DNA from: Escherichia coli
GTDB taxonomy: Bacteria > Pseudomonadota > Gammaproteobacteria > Enterobacterales > Enterobacteriaceae
DNA: 64,000 nucleotides
Strand: one strand, 5' to 3'
Assembly: GCA_032372955.1 (NCBI GenBank)
Contig: GCA_032372955.1_4725.1
How positions within the stretch are numbered: the stretch's first letter is position 1; each line of letters starts with the position of its first letter. The translations under genes were made by a program, and so were the position numbers. Of the stretch, positions 55,293-64,000 are shown piece after piece. A model generated the notes under the pieces. That model made no database searches and was not told the origin of the DNA. It worked only from the letters and a program-made list of their open reading frames with translations.

Positions 55293-57851
55293 ATGTATAA
55301 TGGCAGTAACAACATGTATCAACAAATGGGCTATAGCGAAAACCCTTATACGAGCACGGTTAATTATGCGGCTGAACAGGTTCGTCAGCAACAGTATCAG
55401 CAATCACCGTACGGCGCATATCCGAATAACGCCTATCAACCACCACAATACCAACAACCCTCATATCAGCAGAACTATAACTTCATCACCCAAGAAGCAA
55501 CGATCGTCAAAATCCGTCAAGCTATCTTTAATGTCCTGAAAGACTTCGCTCAGCAAGACAAAATACAAACCGAGTTCGTCGCACGTTATACCAATAACGA
55601 TATGATGATGGAATCGCTTGTTGAAGACTGTTGTTGGAACGTGTTCTCTTACATCAACCCGATGCCGCAGAACGCGTCCGACGACCAGATCGTCTCTGCT
55701 GCCGTGAGCACAGTTGCGCTGTATCATCTTGTAACGTGGCTCTTTGAACCGAATCAGTACCCGGAATATTATCGCGCGATTGAATTATCACGCATTAACC
55801 CGGAAGCCGCGAATAAGTACACGCAGCTGAATAAAAGCGGGAGCCTGGCACAAATCGCGCAGAAGTCACGTGGTTTGAAGCAGCAGGTGATGCAGATGGG
55901 GATGACTTATCGTGGCCCGCAAGCAAGCGCGATGGTTAGTGGCGGGTACGGTCAACCACAACAGCCAGCGTACGCCATGTATGGTGGAACCTATCCGCAA
56001 CCGCAATACCAGCCTAATCCGGCAGTTATGCGTGGTATGGCTCCAACAACGCCAGGATACGGCGCACAACCTCGGCCGACGGTTGTTCAACCACAAGCGC
56101 CATCGTACATCGATTCGAAGGATTGTGCGTTCAACCGTTTGTATGATGTTGGTGATGACGATCCTATCGTTGATGATGCACCTGCTGCTACAGCGCCGCG
56201 TTACGAGGCACCACAACCACGGATTTACTCGACAAATCCTGAAGGAGATATTGGTGGTATCAACGATATCTTTGCAGCGGCTGAACAGTTTGCTGAACAG
56301 TACGAAGAGCCAGAATGGCATGTTAAGGCTGGGCAGCAGAAACCCGTTCAACCTGAACCTGCGCAGGTGAAACCGGAACCCGTTCGTACGGCTCGTTCTG
56401 CTACGGTAACAAAGACCGTTAATCCAATTGATGCGACCGAAGATGCTAAGCGTTACGGTCGTGTTGTTCAACATGAAGAATTTATGCAGATGCGTCTGAA
56501 AGCCAAAGACTTTGCACCTAATAGTCGTTGGCCGACGTTGTATGACTTCAGACACTTCGCTCGTCGGGCACGTATCGACGAAAACGGAATTCTTCATGAA
56601 ACCATTGTTGACATTACATCCCTCACGGAGGAAGAAGTGGAATACATCGAACTTGAATCAGATCCAACCGCTCGTCGTATGGCAGAGCAGGAAATGGCAA
56701 AACTGGATCGTATCGCGCAAGCAGAAGTTGTTCGTGTTAGCCTTAACAAACCGGTTCAGCGTGAGCCAATCGTTGTCGGTGAGCAGCGCGAAATGAAACT
56801 GTTTACCGTCACCGACGCGATCGCAGCGTCAAGCGTTGAGGATGCTGAAACCAAAGCTGCGGTAGCGATCATCCAGCAGACCAACACCGACGTCAACCAA
56901 AACGACGCATTAGCATTCCTGGCTACCGTCAATTCCTATCTGGGAACCTATACCGACAAAGAGCTAGATGCAATCCATGAATTCCTGGATGCGTTGTCTA
57001 TTGATAAGGGTCGTAGCGACGATATCAAAGCTTATCGTCAGATCATGCAACAGTATCGTGATGTCATTCCTCTGCGTATTTGGCATTTCCTGAACGATAG
57101 CATGACCAAAGACGTTAACAAGCTGATCAAACGTATCGTACCGAAGAACTTCTCTGAAACCACCATCTCTAGCTTCGTTGATGATATCGGAGAACTGTCC
57201 GGTTGGCTGATTCACGATCTTAAAATGGACCAGAAGTTCATTGAAGATGAATTCTCCAATTGCTACTACACCTGGGTCAACATGCTGAAGTGTCTCTACT
57301 GCAATCGCGATGGCGAAGGTCAGTGGAACATTCGTCTTTCCATGGCTGAACTGTACAACATGCATGACTACCTGAAAGCCGCTCACGAAAAATCTGCAGC
57401 GAATCGTGAACGTCATCTGGTTGCCATGAGTGAGTATCGTGCAGAACTGGAGAAAGATGGCTCTCTGGATGCTGACGAAATCGAACGTCGTTTGGCGGAT
57501 GCGGCTATCGAGGATATGCGTGTTAATCCAGACATCGTTACCGACGAAGATAGCAACGATGCTTACTGGTTCAATCACAGCGTATTCGCGATGCGTCCGC
57601 ATGTTGTTGTTCGCGTACCGACCAACGCCAAGATTCTGAAGCTGAACCAGAGCGGTTACACTCACGCATCGGCTGCAACCAACCCAAGCATTGCTCGTAT
57701 GCTGGATCAGGTGTTCAAGACCTTCGAAACCAAAGTAAAAGGTCTGCAATCTGTTACTGTAATTCTGAGCGATGATACTCGTCTGAAAGCAGTACGTACG
57801 GTAAACGGTATTACCGCTTCCGAGTATCTGCTGGAACGTGAAGAGCAGTAA
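55293..57851 (+). CDS. Large protein (852 aa) with Q/Y/P-rich low-complexity N-terminal regions
   Basis: AAAAAGGATCGTAAGAA before the ATG; aa 1-60 (YQQMGYSENPYTS...QYQQSPYGAYPNNAYQPPQYQQPSYQQNY) and aa ~215-300 (GGYGQPQQPAYAMYGGTYPQPQYQPNP...) are Q/Y/P/G-rich. Confidence 0.6.
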   Translation: MYNGSNNMYQQMGYSENPYTSTVNYAAEQVRQQQYQQSPYGAYPNNAYQPPQYQQPSYQQNYNFITQEATIVKIRQAIFNVLKDFAQQDKIQTEFVARYTNNDMMMESLVEDCCWNVFSYINPMPQNASDDQIVSAAVSTVALYHLVTWLFEPNQYPEYYRAIELSRINPEAANKYTQLNKSGSLAQIAQKSRGLKQQVMQMGMTYRGPQASAMVSGGYGQPQQPAYAMYGGTYPQPQYQPNPAVMRGMAPTTPGYGAQPRPTVVQPQAPSYIDSKDCAFNRLYDVGDDDPIVDDAPAATAPRYEAPQPRIYSTNPEGDIGGINDIFAAAEQFAEQYEEPEWHVKAGQQKPVQPEPAQVKPEPVRTARSATVTKTVNPIDATEDAKRYGRVVQHEEFMQMRLKAKDFAPNSRWPTLYDFRHFARRARIDENGILHETIVDITSLTEEEVEYIELESDPTARRMAEQEMAKLDRIAQAEVVRVSLNKPVQREPIVVGEQREMKLFTVTDAIAASSVEDAETKAAVAIIQQTNTDVNQNDALAFLATVNSYLGTYTDKELDAIHEFLDALSIDKGRSDDIKAYRQIMQQYRDVIPLRIWHFLNDSMTKDVNKLIKRIVPKNFSETTISSFVDDIGELSGWLIHDLKMDQKFIEDEFSNCYYTWVNMLKCLYCNRDGEGQWNIRLSMAELYNMHDYLKAAHEKSAANRERHLVAMSEYRAELEKDGSLDADEIERRLADAAIEDMRVNPDIVTDEDSNDAYWFNHSVFAMRPHVVVRVPTNAKILKLNQSGYTHASAATNPSIARMLDQVFKTFETKVKGLQSVTVILSDDTRLKAVRTVNGITASEYLLEREEQ

Positions 57852-57912
57852 TTAACTTATCGTCCGACGGCGGGTATTGTATTTGCAATACCCTAGTTGA
57901 TAAGGAAACCGT

Positions 57913-58185
57913 ATGAGTCAATATAAACTCATTACCGTCTCTGTGGATGCAAAGGACTTACGCGAAATTACGTTAGCAGCCAACGCAGTTCAACAGGACA
58001 GTGAACTGACGGCATATGAACGTTACCAGCTTTTCCTCTCGATAAGCGACACGGTAGCACGTATGCAACAGAAGTACCAGGTTCAGCTAACCGTAATCGA
58101 CAAAGGCGCTGTGATCCCACCACACCCTAGTTGGCGCGTACTGAGAAGCAAACTCACCACAATTGAATCGTGGTTAACCTCGTAA
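57913..58185 (+). CDS. Hypothetical small protein (90 aa)
   Basis: ORF with AAGGAAACCGT before the ATG; followed by a bidirectional terminator. Confidence 0.45.
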   Translation: MSQYKLITVSVDAKDLREITLAANAVQQDSELTAYERYQLFLSISDTVARMQQKYQVQLTVIDKGAVIPPHPSWRVLRSKLTTIESWLTS

Positions 58186-58204
58186 TAAATTAAATAGCGC
58201 ATAG

Positions 58205-58264
58205 CCCTTCTCCCCTTCCCTCATCGGGTTGGGGAGAAGGTTAACTATGTGTTATTTTTTTTTT
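58205..58264. terminator. Bidirectional terminator between convergent genes
   Basis: CCTTCTCCCC-ttccctcatcgggtt-GGGGAGAAGG hairpin, TTAACTATGTG, then a T10 run at 58255..58264. Confidence 0.65.
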
Positions 58265-58272
58265 ACGTCCGT

Positions 58273-61182
58273 TTAGACAATGTCACCTGAAGTATCGTCT
58301 TCTGACGTTGTGTCGGTCGTCGTATCCTCAGATGTGGTTGTTTCTTCTGTTGAGGTTTCCTCCATCGTTTCGGTATCGAAATCGGTATCTCCGAAATCGT
58401 CACCGCCACCGAAGTCATCAGAAGAACCGGTATCGCTACTTGAATCGGATGACCAAGAACCATCAGATGAAACGCTGCCGTCCTGTGCTTGAGCTCCCAT
58501 CTTCTCTTCAATCTTCTTCGTCAGATTCTGAATATACAATGCAAAATCACCCATGCATTTACCCATGACTTCAATATGTTCCATGGACATACGTTTCCAA
58601 TCTTGCACGGCATTCTTCTTATCGTCAAGACTGAAGAGATCAGCCAACTCCTGATTGAAGTTGTTCTCTTTTGCCCACGTACGCATTGCGGTACCAATAA
58701 TGCATGCGCGGATCATCTGCAGTGTTGTTTCATCAACACCGCCCAGACCCATGACGTAATCAGGTGTTAAATAATCATCAAGTTGCGCAGTAATCGCTTC
58801 CTTGTACTGATTATATTCACGTACCTGATCTTCAAGGCGACGAGCATTGCTATCCGGTAAATGCACACTCAGGCTGTTTAAGAACATGGATACATAAGCA
58901 TCGGCAATAACTTCCTGGACTTCTGGTTTAGTGTAATCCAGATCCATTGTTGCTGATTGGTCGTCAATCTCCTGATAAGCGTTAACGTTACGGATAACAC
59001 CGTTTTCGAAATCGCTACCAAAAAGCTGCTGCAATTGTGCCTGGGAGAGCTTAGACATGTTCGCACGAACCGTGTTTCGTAACGACGTCAACAACACGGG
59101 ACTGTATGCCGTGTATTTCTTGATGTGGTCCGATAACCCATTCGTGATCACCTCGCGACAAACCGTGAACTGTTTCTCTTGCATCGCGTTAGCTGTAATC
59201 ACAGAAGCTGCGAATTCAGATTGGTAGGAAGTATCGATAATCTCCGGAGAAACGCCCAAGCCCATGAAATGGTCACGACGGTAACGATCCATCAGCTCAT
59301 TATCAGGAGACTGATAGTTACGCTGCTCAACACTGACGTCTGTATTCAATTTTGGGAAGCGTGGGTTATTCCCCTCAACCTTCAATCGAATCGAGCTTCG
59401 TTCATACGCGTTGATGATATCCATCGGGTTAGTTTCACCCAACGGGAAACCAGACTGGTAGACACGAGCGAAACTATGCAGTGCTTGTTCGACGGTATCG
59501 ACCGGGTTTCTGTCGGTGTCTTCAAGCATTACGCTTAGCGTCGTATAGTTCAACGAACTTTTGATTTTTGCCATCAGTTCTTGAACCATGAGCATGGCTC
59601 GTTGCGACGAGATCATCTTCGTACTTTCAAGCAGCGAACGACCGATACCGTATTTGTTGTATTCATAGGCGATGTAAGTCACCATTTCACGAGGAATAAA
59701 CAAAACACGGGTCTGTTTATGGGCCAAGCTACGAGCAAGCATCGACAGATAAAACGATGATGTCGCACCGATCTCCACCGCACTGCCAAGATAACCGTTG
59801 ACAATACGTTCAACGATGTAGCGTTGCATCAGCGATTCGTACGATGATACGAAGGCCGACATGTCTACCTGATTACATGACGTACCTTGGATCATGTTCT
59901 TGGCTGCACCAATCATCTCGCTCGCCATGCCGTTGCTTGAAGTCCCTGCGATATCTGCAGTGATCTTCGACAACCGACCTTCCAACTGCTTGTAATACGC
60001 CGCATCTTCAACCAAACGTACTGGATAACCAAACTCATCCAACTGAACCAAATACCCGATATGGTTCTCCGGATCACCTGGTGCGTGTACGGGTTCTAAT
60101 GCCTCAGGTGGTACGTGCATCACACCAGGATGACCGACACTTTGACGATCGAGCGTATCTGGGGTTGCCAACGCGTAAACCGGCGATACCTTGGTGTGAC
60201 GCTGGATGTTGAGTTTATTCCAGATCTCGTTAACCTGTTCTTGCGTCAGCTCACGTCGGTTAGCGGTTAGGGTTGGGTCACCTGACAGTGTTACCAAACC
60301 ACTACCACCTAACGTGTTCGCACGTAACGCACGTTGTACCGCGGTCGCTGCTCGACGTTGATGTAGAATAGGCATGCGGAGGATGTCTGGGTTATCGACA
60401 ACCGTAACCATATCCGGAATATCGATCTTCGCTTCAATGAATTTACCGTCCTTATCACGAAGCAGGGTATTGGTAAACTTAATGCTGTCTATGCGAACAA
60501 CAGGATCGTACGGTATGGTTTCATTAACGCCTGAGAAATAATCTTCCATCGAAACCGTCGCAGGTAATTGATTTTCGTGGCGTTTGCGACTGTCGTTACC
60601 TAGAAGCCCCCAACTTGCAAAATGGTTGTCTTTAAATCCGTATTCTTCAAGTTTCAGTTGACCGTTACCATTAATGGCGCGGTCGAGCGTGCTTTCTGGC
60701 AGAACAACGAAGTTATAACTGCCCTTGATAAAGAAGACGTCTTCGATGATACGAGGGATAAGCGTCTTTATTTTATAGATATTCTTAAAATGCGTGTCGA
60801 TGGTATCGATCATCGGCTGAACGATTTCTGCGACTCTGCCGGGGAAATCTTCGCTGTCGATAAACATCTCGACCGTCTTAAGATCGTTAGGGTTCGTCAA
60901 CGCGGCAACATAGATCTGCATCACGCGTTTAAGTTCAGGGAACAACTCGAGGATGTTTTTATTATCCTCGATGTTTGTCGCGGTCGCACGCGTAACCGTG
61001 TTCATCGTCATTTGGTCGGGAACAACTAACCCGAAACGACCGCTCGCTCCTTCCGCATCACGTGTATTATAAAGACGTGACTGCGGAGCAGGAGCGACAA
61101 ATTTGTTCATGAGTGCCTTCGCAACGTCATTATTACTCATTTGACGTTCGAGGGCGACGCGCCCTTTATTTATATCGTTCAT
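58273..61182 (-). CDS. Large protein (969 aa) with S/D/T-rich acidic C-terminal tail; portal protein candidate
   Basis: Long ORF; AAGGAG 9 bp before the ATG; C-terminal ~65 aa are SDGSWSSDSSSDTGSSDDFGGGDDFGDTDFDTETMEETSTEETTTSEDTTTDTTSEDDTSGDIV. The portal assignment is a guess from size and acidic tail only. Confidence 0.55.
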   Translation of the reverse strand: MNDINKGRVALERQMSNNDVAKALMNKFVAPAPQSRLYNTRDAEGASGRFGLVVPDQMTMNTVTRATATNIEDNKNILELFPELKRVMQIYVAALTNPNDLKTVEMFIDSEDFPGRVAEIVQPMIDTIDTHFKNIYKIKTLIPRIIEDVFFIKGSYNFVVLPESTLDRAINGNGQLKLEEYGFKDNHFASWGLLGNDSRKRHENQLPATVSMEDYFSGVNETIPYDPVVRIDSIKFTNTLLRDKDGKFIEAKIDIPDMVTVVDNPDILRMPILHQRRAATAVQRALRANTLGGSGLVTLSGDPTLTANRRELTQEQVNEIWNKLNIQRHTKVSPVYALATPDTLDRQSVGHPGVMHVPPEALEPVHAPGDPENHIGYLVQLDEFGYPVRLVEDAAYYKQLEGRLSKITADIAGTSSNGMASEMIGAAKNMIQGTSCNQVDMSAFVSSYESLMQRYIVERIVNGYLGSAVEIGATSSFYLSMLARSLAHKQTRVLFIPREMVTYIAYEYNKYGIGRSLLESTKMISSQRAMLMVQELMAKIKSSLNYTTLSVMLEDTDRNPVDTVEQALHSFARVYQSGFPLGETNPMDIINAYERSSIRLKVEGNNPRFPKLNTDVSVEQRNYQSPDNELMDRYRRDHFMGLGVSPEIIDTSYQSEFAASVITANAMQEKQFTVCREVITNGLSDHIKKYTAYSPVLLTSLRNTVRANMSKLSQAQLQQLFGSDFENGVIRNVNAYQEIDDQSATMDLDYTKPEVQEVIADAYVSMFLNSLSVHLPDSNARRLEDQVREYNQYKEAITAQLDDYLTPDYVMGLGGVDETTLQMIRACIIGTAMRTWAKENNFNQELADLFSLDDKKNAVQDWKRMSMEHIEVMGKCMGDFALYIQNLTKKIEEKMGAQAQDGSVSSDGSWSSDSSSDTGSSDDFGGGDDFGDTDFDTETMEETSTEETTTSEDTTTDTTSEDDTSGDIV

Positions 61183-61209
61183 TTACACTGGCTCCTTGGA
61201 GGACCGATC

Positions 61210-63621
61210 GTGTCCAACACTGACTATCAGCTTTATTCGGAAAGCGTGCAGCGTCTAACGGACACCCTGATTATTAAAAGCGACATCACGGCAGAACGGT
61301 TAAACCTCAAGGTTTCCGAAGTCTACCAGATGGCCGTCGGGGACGACCCACGCACGTGGTTATACTACATGAATCTCGCTGGCGAGTATCATCCTTGTCA
61401 GACAATGATGACCGTAAATTCCCTGGATACGCTCGAAGAGATCGAGTTCACCAAGGAAAACATGTTACGGCATCGCATGACAGCAAGGGAATACGCGTAT
61501 GGTGGAGATTATTTCAATCGTTTAATTGCGCGGTACCCGGAACAACGTATGTTGATCTTGGGTATCCTTAACCCCATCGATATCGAGAAAGCAATTGCGG
61601 CACGCAATCATGAGATTCTCTGGTACGATACACAAGAGGTTGAGTCGCGCGAGGCCAATCTTATTCCACGTTTACAGCAAGAAATCGACGATTACTTCAG
61701 ACGCTGGGAACATCCGGCATATGAGAGCGTCGATATGCTTCATTGGCCTGCGCTATACGCCATCCTATTCACACAAATACCTGAGATGATAAAAGGTATT
61801 CGTTGGGAAAACTGTCATACCCATTATGCCCATAGCTTCCATATCTGGAGTTATCTGGCAAGCCATCAAGGTCTTGATCGATTCAAGCGATACATGACCG
61901 AATCCCAAATGCTCTGGTTCTATCGTAACATCGCTTACATTGAAAGAAACATGGGCAGAACGGAAAACTACGATAAGCTCATTCAAAAGGTATTAACCGA
62001 TCGTGGGATTCCAATCGGTGCGTTCTCGATCAAACAAGACGCTTCCGAGATACCTCAGACGTTAAAACCCACAGTTTACATGGAGCGTAAACCGCTTAAC
62101 CTTCAAGAGATCGTCGGTAATGGCACGGTAAGACGTAAGGTCACTACCGTGATGCAACAACAGTTCCCTCTAGCGCGGGATAACGAAGCGGAGTATTATA
62201 CCGAGCTTAACCGCACGATAGAGAAGATGTCGATGCACGACAACAATACCTTAACGACCAAGGTGTTGGAAAGTGAAGCCGAAGACCTTACAGACAGTGA
62301 ACTGTATCCTAAGTATGATTTCCTACTGAACGAATGGATTCATCTTAGCGCGATAGGCATGTATCAGTCACGGTTGACAACAACCAACCCGGTGACGGGT
62401 GATACCATGACGATGTCGATGAAAGATGCATACAAGCTGTTCTTGTATTTGCTGAACTATTCGATGGGCATGACGCTGATTGAAGTACCTAAGATCCATG
62501 CTAACCACGTCAGGGTATTAACGCTACCGACATTCGACCATCTCCGTAGCATTACCGATCCTGCTATCATTCCCGATAAACTGATCTGGTGGTGTTTGGA
62601 TAAGCAAGTGACGCTGCGTGCGGTCGTCAGTACTGAAGAGTTTCTGAGCGCCGTTACCGAGATTTACCAGGGTTGGCGTCGCCATCAGTTCATGTATCAG
62701 CTCCAGGAACATTATCAAGCTCGAGGCATGGCTGAAGCAATCGTTGAAAACTTCTACATGGATGTTGGTGTCGACTTCGGTATTGGGCAGCTTTACAAGG
62801 AATGGTTCTTATCGATGGATTGGGAGCTTGACGCAATCAGTCAAGAAGAGGCGGGAATTCTGGCTCTCGATATCTTCACAAAGGCCACCGGTCAAGATTT
62901 GGAAGATGTCACCAGTCTTAAGGATATTCAATACGGAATGCTGCAGCTGCTTAAGACATTGAGCAGTTACACCATCCATTTTATCCAGACAATCAACAGC
63001 GATCCAATCAAACCGCTAAACAAAATTGCCATCCGTCTCGGCTCGAGTTTAGTAAGCGGTAGTGAAGAACTGTGGGAAGACTGGGCGCAAGCAAACGTTC
63101 ATGATACGGATAACCAGGCTACGGAAGTTATCAAATTCGTACATGATAACAACCCGATGACGAACTGGCGTGAATCGGCAGTTGAAAGTTTGGAAGCGCC
63201 TCCGAAACCAACCTGGTGTGATTGTAGTGGTTACGAGAACACCCAAACCGTTCGATTCAGTACGCAATATTGGGCACAAGTCATTAGCGATCCTGTCTCG
63301 TTGCGTTTCCGTAAAAATCCGCTCGACGGTTTGTGGCTTGCGCCGTTCCCAGGTCGGGCACCACGCGACCTTCGTGAACGTCTGCCGTCAGAGTCGTTGC
63401 GTGGGTTAACCGTAACCCCAATCAAACCGTTCGAACAACGTTTCCGTAAACGTGATCTTCGAGGTCTCTGGATAGAACCGATTTACAAACAGTTGAACGG
63501 TCGTTTCAGATCAGTGGCTCTAAGTGAGACGAATCATGTTGCGTATAAGCCTATCAGTATGCGTCTATCGAATCCGCTCAATCGTTTGATTGTTAAACCT
63601 TTGCCTATCGAGGACGTTTAA
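61210..63621 (+). CDS. Hypothetical large protein (~804 aa) with short C-terminal RFRK...GLW repeats
   Basis: GTG at 61210 follows TTGGAGGA (track start 61141 is TTG and overlaps the divergent gene); no Walker A found, so not called terminase. Confidence 0.55.
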   Translation: MSNTDYQLYSESVQRLTDTLIIKSDITAERLNLKVSEVYQMAVGDDPRTWLYYMNLAGEYHPCQTMMTVNSLDTLEEIEFTKENMLRHRMTAREYAYGGDYFNRLIARYPEQRMLILGILNPIDIEKAIAARNHEILWYDTQEVESREANLIPRLQQEIDDYFRRWEHPAYESVDMLHWPALYAILFTQIPEMIKGIRWENCHTHYAHSFHIWSYLASHQGLDRFKRYMTESQMLWFYRNIAYIERNMGRTENYDKLIQKVLTDRGIPIGAFSIKQDASEIPQTLKPTVYMERKPLNLQEIVGNGTVRRKVTTVMQQQFPLARDNEAEYYTELNRTIEKMSMHDNNTLTTKVLESEAEDLTDSELYPKYDFLLNEWIHLSAIGMYQSRLTTTNPVTGDTMTMSMKDAYKLFLYLLNYSMGMTLIEVPKIHANHVRVLTLPTFDHLRSITDPAIIPDKLIWWCLDKQVTLRAVVSTEEFLSAVTEIYQGWRRHQFMYQLQEHYQARGMAEAIVENFYMDVGVDFGIGQLYKEWFLSMDWELDAISQEEAGILALDIFTKATGQDLEDVTSLKDIQYGMLQLLKTLSSYTIHFIQTINSDPIKPLNKIAIRLGSSLVSGSEELWEDWAQANVHDTDNQATEVIKFVHDNNPMTNWRESAVESLEAPPKPTWCDCSGYENTQTVRFSTQYWAQVISDPVSLRFRKNPLDGLWLAPFPGRAPRDLRERLPSESLRGLTVTPIKPFEQRFRKRDLRGLWIEPIYKQLNGRFRSVALSETNHVAYKPISMRLSNPLNRLIVKPLPIEDV

Positions 63622-63680
63622 CGTGATAGCGCAGCAAATCGTAAAGTCTTTTTTATCTAATTCCCGGCGAGGAGGTCACC

Positions 63681-64000
63681 GTGAGTGATACGGTAACAAC
63701 TATTGACGACACCGAACTTTACCCGGTCGACGTCTCTTTACCCTCATCCGATCTCGTGTATGGTCTTATCAACCACGATAACCCACCTCAGAACGGAGAG
63801 CATGTTCTAACCCCTGAATTATTGGTTTTAGGAACACCAACCACCAACCAAAGCGCCTACGAGCGCGACACCCAGATTACGGCGACAGCAACCGCTAAGC
63901 TTACCGAGTTGGACGATTATGAAGGTTCGACGACGCTGTATTACGATCGTATTAACATCGGTGCGTATCTGCGTAACGTAGCGCCTATTCTTATCGATGC
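63681..64000 (+). CDS. Hypothetical protein (partial; continues beyond window end)
   Basis: GTG at 63681 preceded by GAGGAGG; open frame with no stop to the window edge. Confidence 0.45.
   Translation, partial: MSDTVTTIDDTELYPVDVSLPSSDLVYGLINHDNPPQNGEHVLTPELLVLGTPTTNQSAYERDTQITATATAKLTELDDYEGSTTLYYDRINIGAYLRNVAPILID

Noticed and set aside
55866-56597. 243-aa minus-strand ORF and several 60-150-aa ORFs inside 55293..57851
   Set aside because: They sit within the Q/Y/P-rich repetitive coding region of the sense gene; no start signals, and the translations are Arg/Cys/Trp-rich.
1-64000. CRISPR array or rRNA genes
   Set aside because: No series of regularly spaced direct repeats of 25-40 bp was seen; the hairpin-TATGC elements are irregularly spaced (kilobases apart) and intergenic, so they are not a CRISPR array. 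No long ORF-free stretch of rRNA size exists.

Overview
This window is a densely coded segment of a large dsDNA phage genome, most consistent with a phiKZ-like jumbo myovirus of an enterobacterial host (inference from gene content and codon usage, no database search possible). I call about 53 CDS in co-directional blocks with frequent start/stop overlaps; no rRNA, tRNA or CRISPR array was found. Recognisable by motif: a split multisubunit RNA polymerase beta-prime fragment (3781..5082), an HNH homing endonuclease (12691..13797) next to a DEDDy 3'-5' exonuclease resembling a family-B polymerase proofreading domain (13865..15364), a DnaB-like helicase (47007..48614), an M48-like zinc metallopeptidase with a C-terminal membrane anchor (15587..16897), and a partial TARG1/DarG-type macro domain at the left edge (1..219). 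Two genes (29973..31295 and 49427..51649) have strongly host-optimised codons and full-length mirror ORFs, marking abundant virion proteins; the second is a major capsid protein candidate. Three paralogous families stand out: a virion-protein family with acidic N-terminal regions (29973..36554, motif also in the 900-1100 aa neighbours) and two tandem arrays of small proteins (7729..9232 and 10036..10866). Intergenic regions carry a repeated composite element: a GC-rich hairpin followed by a conserved TATGC motif, in three cases followed by a conserved ACATTACCT promoter-like box. The most unusual locus is the exonuclease / HNH / ~700 bp ORF-free tract (11991..15364), a candidate intron-like or split-polymerase arrangement. 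All functional calls rest on motif recognition by eye and remain untested.
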